A DNA stretch of 58,306 bases, taken from positions 1 to 58,306 of the forward strand of contig CBFICG010000001.1 in the NCBI GenBank assembly GCA_965661025.1. The letters are read 5' to 3'. Each line of letters begins with the position of its first letter. Positions within the stretch are counted from its first letter, which is position 1. Under the pieces are notes generated by a model that saw only the letters and a list, made by a program, of their open reading frames with translations, did not search any database and was not told the DNA's origin. The DNA is from Flavobacteriaceae bacterium. Its GTDB lineage: Bacteria > Bacteroidota > Bacteroidia > Flavobacteriales > Flavobacteriaceae. Both the position numbers and the translations under genes were made by a program. Shown here in pieces: positions 20,533 through 30,080 of the stretch.

Positions 20533-21435
20533 ATGAAAAGCCAATTCACAACATATATTAAGGGTCTTCAAAATCGCATCACTTCTTCGTTAGAACGAGA
20601 AGACGGCTTGGCACAGTTCCGTGAGGACAAATGGCAACGCCCTGGTGGTGGTGGTGGCAGAACTAGAGTGATTGAAAACGGAAGTGTTTTTGAAAAAGGA
20701 GGTGTAAATATTTCTGAAGTTTTTGGTAAACTACCCAAATCAATGCAACAGCAGTTAAACGTATCTCATCCCGATTTTTTTGCTTGCGGCATCAGCTTGG
20801 TCATTCATCCCAAAAATCCAATGGTGCCAACAGTACATGCCAATTTCAGGTATTTTGAATTATATGATGAAAACAAAAACGTTGTAGATCAATGGTTTGG
20901 GGGGGGGTTAGACCTTACGCCTTATTACTTATTTGAAGAAGATGCTGTGCATTTTCATCGTGTTTGCAAAGCCGTTTGCGATGCACATGATGATGCGTTT
21001 TACTCCGACTACAAAAAGAAATGTGATGCCTATTTCTGGAATCATCATCGGGATGAAGCTCGTGGTATAGGGGGATTGTTTTTTGACTATTGCCGGCCAA
21101 ATCAAACGCACAGTTTGGCGTCTTGGTATGCCTTTGTTGCTGAAATGGGGAACAGATTTCTCGATGCCTATCTCCCTATCGTACAAAAACGAAAAACACT
21201 ATCTTACAATGCTGAGCAACGCCAATGGCAAGAGCTAAGACGTGGACGTTACGTAGAATTTAATTTGGTACACGACAAAGGGACGCTTTTTGGGCTTAAA
21301 ACTAAGGGGCGTATTGAAAGCATTTTGATGAGTTTGCCGCCAACTGTTCAATGGGCATATAATGCTCAGCCAGAAGAAGGCTCTGATGAAGCAAAATTAT
21401 TAACCGTTTTAAAAAATCCTAAAAATTGGGTGTAA
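20533..21435 (+). CDS. hemF: Oxygen-dependent coproporphyrinogen-III oxidase
   Basis: RPGGGGGRTRV and WFGGGLDLTPYY motifs; 300 aa. Confidence 0.9.
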   Translation: MKSQFTTYIKGLQNRITSSLEREDGLAQFREDKWQRPGGGGGRTRVIENGSVFEKGGVNISEVFGKLPKSMQQQLNVSHPDFFACGISLVIHPKNPMVPTVHANFRYFELYDENKNVVDQWFGGGLDLTPYYLFEEDAVHFHRVCKAVCDAHDDAFYSDYKKKCDAYFWNHHRDEARGIGGLFFDYCRPNQTHSLASWYAFVAEMGNRFLDAYLPIVQKRKTLSYNAEQRQWQELRRGRYVEFNLVHDKGTLFGLKTKGRIESILMSLPPTVQWAYNAQPEEGSDEAKLLTVLKNPKNWV

Positions 21436-21438
21436 TAT

Positions 21439-22413
21439 ATGTATCCACTAAACAGAAACCGACGACTACGTAACAGTGCGGCTATGCGCGATTTGGTTCG
21501 TGAAACTTCACTTTCGGCAAGCGACTTTTTAGTTCCGCTCTTCATTGTAGAAGGCACGAAAACAAAAACTGAAATTCCGTCAATGCCAAACTATTTTAGG
21601 TTTAGCTTAGACCTCGCGGTTACAGAAGCAAAACGGCTTTACAATTTGGGTGTGCGTGGGGTATTGCTCTTTGTTAAAGTATCGGATGAAGAAAAAGACA
21701 ACACTGGGGTAGCTGCCCTAAACGCAGAAGGGCTTATGCAGCGCAGCATTCGTGCCATTAAAGCTGCTGTGCCCGAATTGGTAGTGTGCACCGATGTTGC
21801 ACTAGACCCATATTCTACTTATGGTCACGACGGTATTGTTCAAGACAGCAAGATTATAAACGATACTACTGTTGATGTTTTGGCACAAATGGCGCTGAGT
21901 CATGCCGAAAGCGGAGCAGATATTGTGGCACCAAGCGATATGATGGACGGTCGCATTTTAGCCATACGTAACACACTTGAAACGGCTGGTTATGTTCATA
22001 CAGGCGTTATGAGCTACAGTGCCAAATACGCCTCTGCATTTTATGGCCCATTTCGTGAAGCCCTAGATTCTACACCTGGCTTTGGGGATAAAAAGACTTA
22101 TCAAATGGATGTTGCAAATCGCAAAGAAGCAGTAGTAGAAACCCTTCGTGATATTGAAGAAGGTGCCGATATTGTCATGGTAAAACCTGGTATGGCATAC
22201 TTGGATATTGTTCGTGATTTGGCAAATCAGGTCCAAGTGCCTATTGCTGTTTATCAAGTAAGCGGTGAATATGCGATGCTGAAAGCTGCTGCTGAAAAAG
22301 GGTGGTTAGACCACGATGCGGTGATGATGGAACAACTAGTGGCATGTAAGCGTGCAGGGGCGTCGCTTATTGTTTCGTACCATGCACCAGATGCCATAAG
22401 GCTGCTTTCATAA
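21439..22413 (+). CDS. hemB: Porphobilinogen synthase (ALA dehydratase), Asp-rich (non-Cys) metal-site type
   Basis: Active-site region DVALDPYSTYGHDG (an Asp-rich variant in place of a Cys-rich Zn site), plus PSDMMDGR and MVKPGMAYLD. Confidence 0.9.
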   Translation: MYPLNRNRRLRNSAAMRDLVRETSLSASDFLVPLFIVEGTKTKTEIPSMPNYFRFSLDLAVTEAKRLYNLGVRGVLLFVKVSDEEKDNTGVAALNAEGLMQRSIRAIKAAVPELVVCTDVALDPYSTYGHDGIVQDSKIINDTTVDVLAQMALSHAESGADIVAPSDMMDGRILAIRNTLETAGYVHTGVMSYSAKYASAFYGPFREALDSTPGFGDKKTYQMDVANRKEAVVETLRDIEEGADIVMVKPGMAYLDIVRDLANQVQVPIAVYQVSGEYAMLKAAAEKGWLDHDAVMMEQLVACKRAGASLIVSYHAPDAIRLLS

Positions 22414-22456
22414 TTTTTCCTTTTTAAAATTTTGTACATTGCCAATAAACTCCTCA

Positions 22457-23629
22457 ATGAAAAAGCGATCATCTTCATTAAAAAATATTGCCCTTGGGCT
22501 AGTCGTCTTTGTTGCAGGGCTATTTGTGTCTGGTTATGGTTATCTTTTTGAGTTAGGCGCAAAAGCGATTGAAATAGGAAGAACTACCGCTGGGCTTGAA
22601 GATTACGTTCATTTTGATGTGCGTGAAATTCCCAAAAGTGATACCCCACAGGCCTGGGCACTTCATTCAAATTACAATAACGTTCCTGCTACAGAAAATT
22701 TAAAAAAACTACACAAAGCACACAAATCAGTAGCATTTCTAATCATTAAAAACGACTCCATTTGGCACGAACAATATTTTGATGGGTTTGGCAAAGACAG
22801 TAAAACCAACTCGTTTTCAATGGTAAAAACGATTGTGGCAGCTTCTTTGGCAAAGGCCATTGAAGAGGGTCATATTAAGAGTTTTGATCAAAAAACAAAA
22901 GACTTTTTGCCTTGGCTTAAAGGGGAATATGCTGATGAAATGACTGTTGGGAATTTGGCGACCATGTCTTCAGGATTAGACTGGAAAGAAGATTATGACA
23001 ACTTACTTACTATTACCCCTCGTACCTACATTACACGAGATATTACGCGAGTGATGAAAACCATTCCCATAAATGAAGAACCCGGAAAACGGTTTGTCTA
23101 TCAAAGTGGCAGTACGCAACTGCTCTCGTTGGTGTTAACTCAAGCTACTGGTGAAACCATTTCCGCCTTGGTACGTCGTTACTTTTGGAATCCTTTGGGC
23201 GCACAGGCCAATGCAAACTGGCGGTTGGATTCAGCAAAGAAAGGAGTAGAGAAATCCTATTGTTGTTTTAATTCCAATGCGCGAGACTATGCCCGTTTTG
23301 CCGCCTTGTTTAAAAATGGTGGGGTTTGGAACGGCACACAACTGATTAGCCCTGAATATGTGGAAAAATCTCTCACACCACAATTTGAAAATGGCGAAAA
23401 TTACGGCTATGGATGGTGGTTGGGTTCGCATATGGGCAAACGCTACTTTAGTATGCGTGGACACAATGGTCAATACGCTATTGTATTTCCCGAAGACGAT
23501 GTTATTGTGGTGCGTTTGGGTCACGAACAACTTCGAGACCTTCCTGGCGTAAGCCATTCTGCAGACTATTTGGGCTATATGGAAGAAGCCTTTGCAATGT
23601 TAGCCTATGACAACCCCTCCAAATCTTGA
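22457..23629 (+). CDS. Serine hydrolase, beta-lactamase/PBP4* fold, N-terminal membrane anchor
   Basis: SxxK motif SMVK (FSMVKT) and a YQSGSTQLL region. ATG 22457 gives MKKRSSS plus a TM segment. Confidence 0.65.
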   Translation: MKKRSSSLKNIALGLVVFVAGLFVSGYGYLFELGAKAIEIGRTTAGLEDYVHFDVREIPKSDTPQAWALHSNYNNVPATENLKKLHKAHKSVAFLIIKNDSIWHEQYFDGFGKDSKTNSFSMVKTIVAASLAKAIEEGHIKSFDQKTKDFLPWLKGEYADEMTVGNLATMSSGLDWKEDYDNLLTITPRTYITRDITRVMKTIPINEEPGKRFVYQSGSTQLLSLVLTQATGETISALVRRYFWNPLGAQANANWRLDSAKKGVEKSYCCFNSNARDYARFAALFKNGGVWNGTQLISPEYVEKSLTPQFENGENYGYGWWLGSHMGKRYFSMRGHNGQYAIVFPEDDVIVVRLGHEQLRDLPGVSHSADYLGYMEEAFAMLAYDNPSKS

Positions 23630-24326
23630 ACATATCCTCTTTTTGGACATTGAGACCGTTCCTGAACAATCTCATTTTGACCTACTACCGCCAGAGGCCC
23701 AAGAACTTTTTGATGCTAAAACTACTTACAAACGCATAGCGGACGGACTAACCGCATCAGCGTATTACGAGCAAGCTGGTATTTGGGCAGAATTTGGTAA
23801 AATTGTGTGTGTTTCTGTAGGGTATCTAACCCATACAACTGATGGAAGGCAATTTAGAGTACGTAGTTTTTCGGGTGGAGAATTCCAGCTCCTTAAGGAA
23901 TTTAAAGCATTATTGGATACGCATTTTTCAGCAGAGTATCATAGACTTTGTGCGCATAACGGAAAAGAATTTGACTTTCCGTTTTTGGCAAGGCGTATGC
24001 TTAAGCACCAGTTGGCATTGCCACCTTTATTGCGACTTATGGGCAAAAAGCCCTGGGAAGTACCACATCTTGACACCTTAGAGCTTTGGAAATTTGGCGA
24101 CTATAAACATTATACTTCTTTAAAGCTATTGGCGCATTTCTTTGATATTCCTTCCCCCAAAGACGATATGGATGGCTCAGATGTAGCACATGTGTATTAT
24201 CAGAAAAATGACTTGCCGTGTATTGTACGCTATTGCGAAAAAGATGTGGTAACCTTAACGAAAGTCTATTTAAAACTAACCCTACAACCGCCACTGGATG
24301 AAGCCGAAATCGTTTTTGTCTCTTAA
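23607..24326 (+). CDS. PolB-exonuclease-like 3'-5' exonuclease (RNase H fold)
   Basis: Exo I motif LFLDIETVP, then HNGKEFDFPFL and YCEKDV (Exo III-like). Confidence 0.7.
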   Translation: MTTPPNLEHILFLDIETVPEQSHFDLLPPEAQELFDAKTTYKRIADGLTASAYYEQAGIWAEFGKIVCVSVGYLTHTTDGRQFRVRSFSGGEFQLLKEFKALLDTHFSAEYHRLCAHNGKEFDFPFLARRMLKHQLALPPLLRLMGKKPWEVPHLDTLELWKFGDYKHYTSLKLLAHFFDIPSPKDDMDGSDVAHVYYQKNDLPCIVRYCEKDVVTLTKVYLKLTLQPPLDEAEIVFVS

Positions 24327-24374
24327 ATCAGCGAACCGTTTTGAATTATGTATTTTTGTAGTAATATTTTAACT

Positions 24375-24806
24375 ATGGACAGTATTCTTTCTTTACATTC
24401 ACGCCTTGCCTATATAGTACTTATTGTATTGGTATTGGCGGTTTTAAACGCATTTTGGGGCGTGTTTGGCAACCGCAGTTTTAGCACAAGAGACCTTCGC
24501 CTCTCTCTTTTTGGACTTATTTTTTCACATATTCAATTGCTCTTGGGTCTTGTAGTATATTTTGTTTCCCCCTATTTTTCGGCATGGGAAGGTGGCATGA
24601 GTGCTGTGATGAAAGACCCCACACTGCGTCTGTTTTTGGTAGAGCATCCTACAACAAATATCTTGGCTATAGTGCTGATTACCGTGGGGTGGTCGTTGCA
24701 TAAAAAAGCAACTAACAACAGAAAGAAGTTCTTTAGAATTGCCACTTTCTATGGTTTGGGAACGCTATTACTTTTAAGCAGGATTCCATGGGAACAATGG
24801 TTATAA
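24375..24806 (+). CDS. Hypothetical 4-TM membrane protein
   Basis: Four hydrophobic helices with no recognised family. An internal ATG was chosen, and the longest ORF begins at 24348. Confidence 0.45.
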   Translation: MDSILSLHSRLAYIVLIVLVLAVLNAFWGVFGNRSFSTRDLRLSLFGLIFSHIQLLLGLVVYFVSPYFSAWEGGMSAVMKDPTLRLFLVEHPTTNILAIVLITVGWSLHKKATNNRKKFFRIATFYGLGTLLLLSRIPWEQWL

Positions 24807-24815
24807 AATTAAGAA

Positions 24816-24834
24816 AGCACCTAAAAAAGGTGCT
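24816..24834 (+). terminator. Weak hairpin after the membrane-protein gene
   Basis: AGCACC, loop TAAAAAA, GGTGCT. No clear downstream T-tract. Confidence 0.3.
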
Positions 24835-24974
24835 CTCCAATAACCAACCATATTAAACTATGAAAAACTATTAAGCAATTTTTTGCTTCACGTTTACACT
24901 TGCAAGTTAAGACGCCTTTGAGCTCCTAGTTGTGAAACATTTGTTAAAGTATTTAATGCTAAAAAACTCTTAAA

Positions 24975-25970
24975 ATGGCCGACTTTTCTAAAATTGCTGT
25001 GCTTGGTAGCGGGAGTTGGGCAACCGCACTGGTTAAAATTTTATGCGAGAACAACGCCAATGTAGGTTGGTATGTGCGTAACGAAACCATTTATGAGCAT
25101 CTGCTGCGAGAGGGACACAACCCCAACTATTTGAGTAGTGTAGAATTTGACTCCTTGCGTTTGAGCCTGTACACGCATTTGAATGATATTGTGCGAGAAT
25201 ACGATGTTTTTGTTATTGCCATCCCCTCTTTTTATTTGGATAGTTCGTTAGAAACGCTGACAACATCCATCGAGAATAAAATTATTTTTTCAGCTGTCAA
25301 AGGGATTGTCCCTGAACGCAAAATGCTGGTTGGGCGGTATCTGACAGAAAAATTTAATGTGCCCGAGACACATTTGGGTGTTATTACCGGGCCTTGTCAT
25401 GCCGAGGAAGTAGCACTTGAGCGACTTTCCTATCTTACTGTGGCAAGTACTAATATTTTGTTGTCAAAGCAGATGAAGTCCAAACTTAACTGCAATTACA
25501 TTCGCACAGCAACTTCCGACGATGTTGTGGGAACAGAATATGCTGCAACACTCAAAAATGTATATGCTATTGCTGTGGGAATGGCGCACGGATTGGGCTA
25601 TGGCGATAATTTTATTAGCGTGCTTATTAGCAGTGCTATGCGAGAGATGAAACGCTTTATAAAACACGTTGACAGCAAAAAAAGGAATATCAACAAATCA
25701 GCGTATTTGGGCGATTTGTTGGTAACTGCCTACTCCATTTTTAGTCGAAATAGAATGCTTGGAAACATGATAGGCAAAGGGTATACGGTAAAGGCTGCGC
25801 TTGTGGAAATGACCATGATTGCCGAAGGGTATTACGGAGCCAAAACCGTATATGAGTTAAGCAACGCTTTTAGCGGGAAATATCCCATAATGCATTGTGT
25901 CTATGAGGTGCTATACGAAAAGGCATCTGCCAAGAAAAAAATGAAGGCTCTGAGTATGGTGCTTAACTGA
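24975..25970 (+). CDS. gpsA: NAD(P)H-dependent glycerol-3-phosphate dehydrogenase
   Basis: IAVLGSGSWATAL Rossmann motif and GLKNVYAIA-like ATLKNVYAIAVGM. Confidence 0.9.
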   Translation: MADFSKIAVLGSGSWATALVKILCENNANVGWYVRNETIYEHLLREGHNPNYLSSVEFDSLRLSLYTHLNDIVREYDVFVIAIPSFYLDSSLETLTTSIENKIIFSAVKGIVPERKMLVGRYLTEKFNVPETHLGVITGPCHAEEVALERLSYLTVASTNILLSKQMKSKLNCNYIRTATSDDVVGTEYAATLKNVYAIAVGMAHGLGYGDNFISVLISSAMREMKRFIKHVDSKKRNINKSAYLGDLLVTAYSIFSRNRMLGNMIGKGYTVKAALVEMTMIAEGYYGAKTVYELSNAFSGKYPIMHCVYEVLYEKASAKKKMKALSMVLN

Positions 25971-26982
25971 CCGAAGTAAATTGTTTTAAGAAGCGCACAT
26001 CGTTTTCGTAAAACATACGAATGTCTTCAATTTGGTATAGAAGCATTGCCATGCGTTCTAACCCCATACCAAACGCAAATCCCGAAAATTCTTCTGAATC
26101 AATACCGCAATTGGTAAGTACGTTGGGATCGACCATACCACAACCCATTATTTCCAGCCAACCAGTCCCCTTGGTTATGCGATAGTCTGCTTCCGTTTCT
26201 AGTCCCCAGTAAATATCAACCTCCGCACTTGGTTCGGTAAATGGAAAATAAGATGGGCGAAGACGAATCTCAGCCGTGCCAAAAATAGCTTTCGTGAAAT
26301 ACAATAGCGTTTGCTTTAAATCGGCAAAAGAAACGTTTTTGTCAATATACAATCCTTCTACTTGATGAAAAACACAGTGGGATCGGGCCGAAATGGCTTC
26401 GTTTCGAAACACCCGCCCGGGGGATAAAATCCGAATAGGCGGCTGGTTGCTCTCCATGTGACGCACTTGCACCGAAGAGGTATGTGTCCGCAACATCACA
26501 TCTGGATTCGTTTGTACAAAAAAGGTGTCTTGCATATCACGTGCAGGGTGATGCTCGGGTAAATTAAGTGCTGTAAAATTATGCCAATCGTCTTCAACTT
26601 CTGGCCCTGAAGAAAGCCCATAACCAATACGATTAAACACATCTATAACCTTATCACGAACAATACTAATAGGGTGACGTGCCCCTAAGGGAATAGGTTG
26701 CCCAGGGCGTGTAATATCGTTTAAAGCACCTTTAGCTTTGTCTTTTCCGCCAAGGGTTTCTTGCAAAGCATTTACCTTTTCTTGGGCTGCAGCTTTTAGT
26801 TGATTTAGCTGTTGGCCATACTCCTTTTTTTGGTCATTGGGGACGTTTCTAAAATCGGCAAAAAGCTTAGTGATGTGTCCCTTTTTACCCAAATACGCAA
26901 TGCGAAACTGTTCCACCTCTTCGGGAGAAGCCGCAGTAAAAGCAGCTACGTCGACAATATGTGCTTTGATGCTATCTATCAT
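25963..26982 (-). CDS. pheS: Phenylalanine--tRNA ligase alpha subunit
   Basis: Class II motifs FRNEAISARSH and GFAFGMGLERMAML. Start at MIDSIKAH (ATG 26982). Confidence 0.95.
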   Translation of the reverse strand: MIDSIKAHIVDVAAFTAASPEEVEQFRIAYLGKKGHITKLFADFRNVPNDQKKEYGQQLNQLKAAAQEKVNALQETLGGKDKAKGALNDITRPGQPIPLGARHPISIVRDKVIDVFNRIGYGLSSGPEVEDDWHNFTALNLPEHHPARDMQDTFFVQTNPDVMLRTHTSSVQVRHMESNQPPIRILSPGRVFRNEAISARSHCVFHQVEGLYIDKNVSFADLKQTLLYFTKAIFGTAEIRLRPSYFPFTEPSAEVDIYWGLETEADYRITKGTGWLEIMGCGMVDPNVLTNCGIDSEEFSGFAFGMGLERMAMLLYQIEDIRMFYENDVRFLKQFTSVS

Positions 26983-27050
26983 AGTGGCAAAAATACACAT
27001 TCCGTTCGTAGTTCCGCAATCGGCAACAAATCAATGCGTACATTTGTGCT

Positions 27051-27575
27051 ATGCCGCTAAACTATATTGATCTTGCTGTGGTGTGTTTACTCTTCTACGG
27101 ACTTTTCCGTGGTGCATTTCGCGGTTTTTTTGTAGAAATCGCCTCGCTGTTAGCGCTTGTATTGGGTGTTTTTGGCGCGCTCCATTTTTCGAGTTTTACC
27201 GCTGATATATTAGCAAAATATTTGGAGTGGGAATACCTACCGCTATTGGCATTTGCACTTACGTTTGTTGGAATTATAATTGGTGTAGCTTGGATTGGAA
27301 AGCTACTCACAAAACTTGCAAAAGTGATTCTGCTCGGCTTTCTAAACCGATTATTGGGCGCCCTTTTTGGAGCGTGTAAGTGGTTGGTAATTTGTGGAGT
27401 ATTGATATGGATTTTGGGTCAAATTAACGTATTTGTCCCCTTTTTACCAGAAGACACCACCAAAGGTTCTTTGTTCTTTGAACCGCTTCAACACTTGGGC
27501 GCTTATTTGTTTGAACAAATTAATACAGAAAAAAATCCCTTAGACGAAATCCAACCTATTTTACTTCAAAGCTAA
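27051..27575 (+). CDS. cvpA: CvpA family membrane protein
   Basis: N-terminal NYIDLAVVCLLFYGLFRGAFRGF typical of CvpA, with 4 TM segments. Confidence 0.75.
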   Translation: MPLNYIDLAVVCLLFYGLFRGAFRGFFVEIASLLALVLGVFGALHFSSFTADILAKYLEWEYLPLLAFALTFVGIIIGVAWIGKLLTKLAKVILLGFLNRLLGALFGACKWLVICGVLIWILGQINVFVPFLPEDTTKGSLFFEPLQHLGAYLFEQINTEKNPLDEIQPILLQS

Positions 27576-28320
27576 TGTGCTGAATGCTGCTTTGCGGTAT
27601 CCAACCAATAGCGCCATTTTTTAACTTAACTTTTACCCAATCTTCAATCTGCTCTTGTATAAAAACCTTTGCCCCCTCATGAATGGTAAGCAATACTTCT
27701 GATCTTAGATTGGGTTCGGCCCTGAAGGATTCCGCTGTAGCAAAAACAATTGCAGGGTGTGTATTTTGCACGATACTTTTTTGCTGCAATGCAAAAACCA
27801 ATGCTAAAAGTGCGCCAAATGCTACAAGAACAAATCCACTAAAAAACAATCTTTTTGCACCGCTTCTAACAGATTTAACATACAAGAAAAATAACAATAC
27901 TGCTATCCAAATACACGCCACAACGACAAGACTCCAACCGCGAACTGAGGTTAAAAACAACAAGCGATCTGTGGCCTTTTTCAGGTCGCTTTCGGGCAAT
28001 GACGAAAAACGATCTAATGTCATGTTTTGGGCAAAGGCCAAATTGTGCCGTACTTGCGCATTATCAGCGTCTAACAATAGTGCTTTTTCGTAATTTAAAA
28101 TACTCGGAGCAATAGCGTTTAGTTTGTAGTAGGCATTTCCCAAATTAAAATACAACTCAGAAGCATGTACTCCCAAAGAGCTAATAGAGTCATAATAAAT
28201 TACAGCGCGTTGGTAATCGCCTTGGTTATAGGCGTTGTTCCCTTCGCGAAACAAATCCTCGGGGGCTTGCCCAATACACACAAAACACGAAAGAAGTACA
28301 AAAAGTGAAATTGTCCTCAT
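27556..28320 (-). CDS. batE: BatE-like protein: signal peptide, TPR repeats, TM segments, C-terminal SH3b
   Basis: TPR repeats (YNQGDYQRAVIYY, LGNAYYKLN) and a C-terminal SH3-like WVKVKLKNGAIGWIP. It is the last gene of the Bat operon. Confidence 0.7.
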   Translation of the reverse strand: MRTISLFVLLSCFVCIGQAPEDLFREGNNAYNQGDYQRAVIYYDSISSLGVHASELYFNLGNAYYKLNAIAPSILNYEKALLLDADNAQVRHNLAFAQNMTLDRFSSLPESDLKKATDRLLFLTSVRGWSLVVVACIWIAVLLFFLYVKSVRSGAKRLFFSGFVLVAFGALLALVFALQQKSIVQNTHPAIVFATAESFRAEPNLRSEVLLTIHEGAKVFIQEQIEDWVKVKLKNGAIGWIPQSSIQHISFEVK

Positions 28321-28322
28321 GA

Positions 28323-30080
28323 TTAAAATTGTTTGTCCATTTGGGTTATCGCTTCTACGGCGGTGGCGTAATCTTGTTCCATACTACTTTTGGAGCTAGG
28401 GGTATATCGGGCAAATTCACAATTGGTTAGCACCCGTATAAATAATGTAATGGTTTGGTTATCCACCCCTTTTCCGGAAAGTAAACGTTCCATTTTTTCC
28501 TTACTAAAATCGGCTGTTTGAATATGCAATCGGGCTTTAACATAATTGTGAAGAGCAGCTTCTAATGCCACATAAAAATCTATAGGATCTGACATATTTC
28601 GTTTTGCTTTGCCTAAGTATTTTTTTACAAGTTTCGCTTTATGACGTTGCGCCATTAAAGTGGCATCAGGTGTGCGTTTGCGCAACAATAGATAAATTGT
28701 CAACAGTAAAATTGGCAAAAGCAATAATACATAAAACAACATGCTTCCAAGAAAAGGAGATTGTGCTATGGATTTAAAACTTGCGCGTTGTGCTATGAAT
28801 TGAAATGCATTGGAGATGGCAGGGGCTTCTGCTACCTTAGCTGTAGAAGTGTTTGAAGCTACTGTGCTATTAGATTTTGGTCCTTCGATCACATCAATGA
28901 CAACTTCTTTAGAAGTTAACGTTTTGTAGGATTTACTACTTGGGTCAAAGTATGAAAACCGAACTGGCGGAATAGGATATTTCCCTTGAAACTGCGGCAC
29001 TAAGGTATAGGTGTCTTCGATATTTCCGCGCATCCCCCCTAATGTAGTATTGACTTGTTCTTTGTGCTCTGGATCGTAGCGTTCTAGAGCCCCTGGCGTA
29101 ACCAATTCGGGAAGTGAAAACAGCTTCAAGTTTCCTTTTCCTTTGACCAGTACCGTGGCTTGTAACGATTCCGAAGCATTAAGCGCATTTTTTGAGGTGT
29201 TGACCTCTAATTCAAATGACCCTACAGCTCCGTTAAAGGTGTCCGGTTTTCCTTCATCTGGAAATGGCAATACGGAAAGGGTGCGTTTTCCTGCAGTTAT
29301 GGTGCGGGACACTTGGGTGTAAATTTCATTCCCAAAAAAGTCGCGACGATTCGTGGGAACGTCAAGCTGCACATCTAGCGTAAGTGGTGCAATGGGGAGT
29401 TTCCCTGCGCGCTGTGGATATAAAACGGTTTGTTGCCACGCCACAAAATTGTACAATTTACCGTTATACATTTCTCTGTCTATGTTACGACGTGACGGAA
29501 TATCTTGTGACCAAAAATCTTTGTATTCGGGCATATCGATGGGGATTACATCGGACGGTCTTACCTTGCCTCCAAAATAGAGTTTATACACTACCGTTAC
29601 GGGCTCATTTATATACACTTTAGTCTTAGACAATTCTGCAACCAAATGCACATTCTGTGAGGCAATATAGTTTGGGTCATTGGGGTTTTTTGGCAATTCC
29701 ACTGCATCTTTAACTGCCACTTTTATAGGGGTGGTTTTATATACATTCCCGTCAATTTCTATAGATGCTTGACCAATGGTTGTGGTACCTTTTTTTAGCG
29801 GTGTCAAAAAATAGGTATAACTTTTAGAGAACGATCGCTTTCCGTTGACAAACATATTGCTTACCGATTGGTTTGGTCCTGCAACAATACGAAAGCCATC
29901 GAAAGAAGGCGGTTGAAAATTGTCGCCATCCGTATTCATGGAAAACTCCACTCGAAGACGCTCGTTAATGCCTAGTTCGTTTTTGCTAACGGTAGCTTCA
30001 AACGTAACCTGCCCAAAAAGCCTTGGCGTAACCGCCAAGACAAGCAACAAACACCAAATTCCTTTTTTGTTCATTACCAA
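28323..30080 (-). CDS. batD: BatD (oxygen-tolerance family) protein
   Basis: 585 aa with a signal peptide, a long beta-rich ectodomain, a single late TM segment and a cytoplasmic tail. The operon position matches BatD. Confidence 0.7.
   Translation of the reverse strand: MVMNKKGIWCLLLVLAVTPRLFGQVTFEATVSKNELGINERLRVEFSMNTDGDNFQPPSFDGFRIVAGPNQSVSNMFVNGKRSFSKSYTYFLTPLKKGTTTIGQASIEIDGNVYKTTPIKVAVKDAVELPKNPNDPNYIASQNVHLVAELSKTKVYINEPVTVVYKLYFGGKVRPSDVIPIDMPEYKDFWSQDIPSRRNIDREMYNGKLYNFVAWQQTVLYPQRAGKLPIAPLTLDVQLDVPTNRRDFFGNEIYTQVSRTITAGKRTLSVLPFPDEGKPDTFNGAVGSFELEVNTSKNALNASESLQATVLVKGKGNLKLFSLPELVTPGALERYDPEHKEQVNTTLGGMRGNIEDTYTLVPQFQGKYPIPPVRFSYFDPSSKSYKTLTSKEVVIDVIEGPKSNSTVASNTSTAKVAEAPAISNAFQFIAQRASFKSIAQSPFLGSMLFYVLLLLPILLLTIYLLLRKRTPDATLMAQRHKAKLVKKYLGKAKRNMSDPIDFYVALEAALHNYVKARLHIQTADFSKEKMERLLSGKGVDNQTITLFIRVLTNCEFARYTPSSKSSMEQDYATAVEAITQMDKQF

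Noticed and set aside
20899-20907. G9 homopolymer inside hemF, and a G7 run at about 17395..17401 in hemA
   Set aside because: Both are in frame and encode conserved glycines (WFGGGLDL, ELGGK). I see no sign of a frameshift or phase variation. They are noted only as potential sequencing-error hotspots.
24840-24974. Hairpin AAGCAA-TTTT-TTGCTT and the tiny ORF MKNY upstream of gpsA
   Set aside because: The stem is a 6-bp AT-rich hairpin without a U-tract, and a 4-codon ORF gives no evidence of a leader peptide or attenuator. It is probably fortuitous.
27683-28093. 136-aa plus-strand ORF antisense to batE, and similarly 32523..32930 antisense to batA, 38107..38538 antisense to gmk/nadD, and 12188..12583 antisense to plsC
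   Set aside because: All are shadow ORFs opposite motif-supported genes. The supported genes already form coherent operons with coupled junctions.
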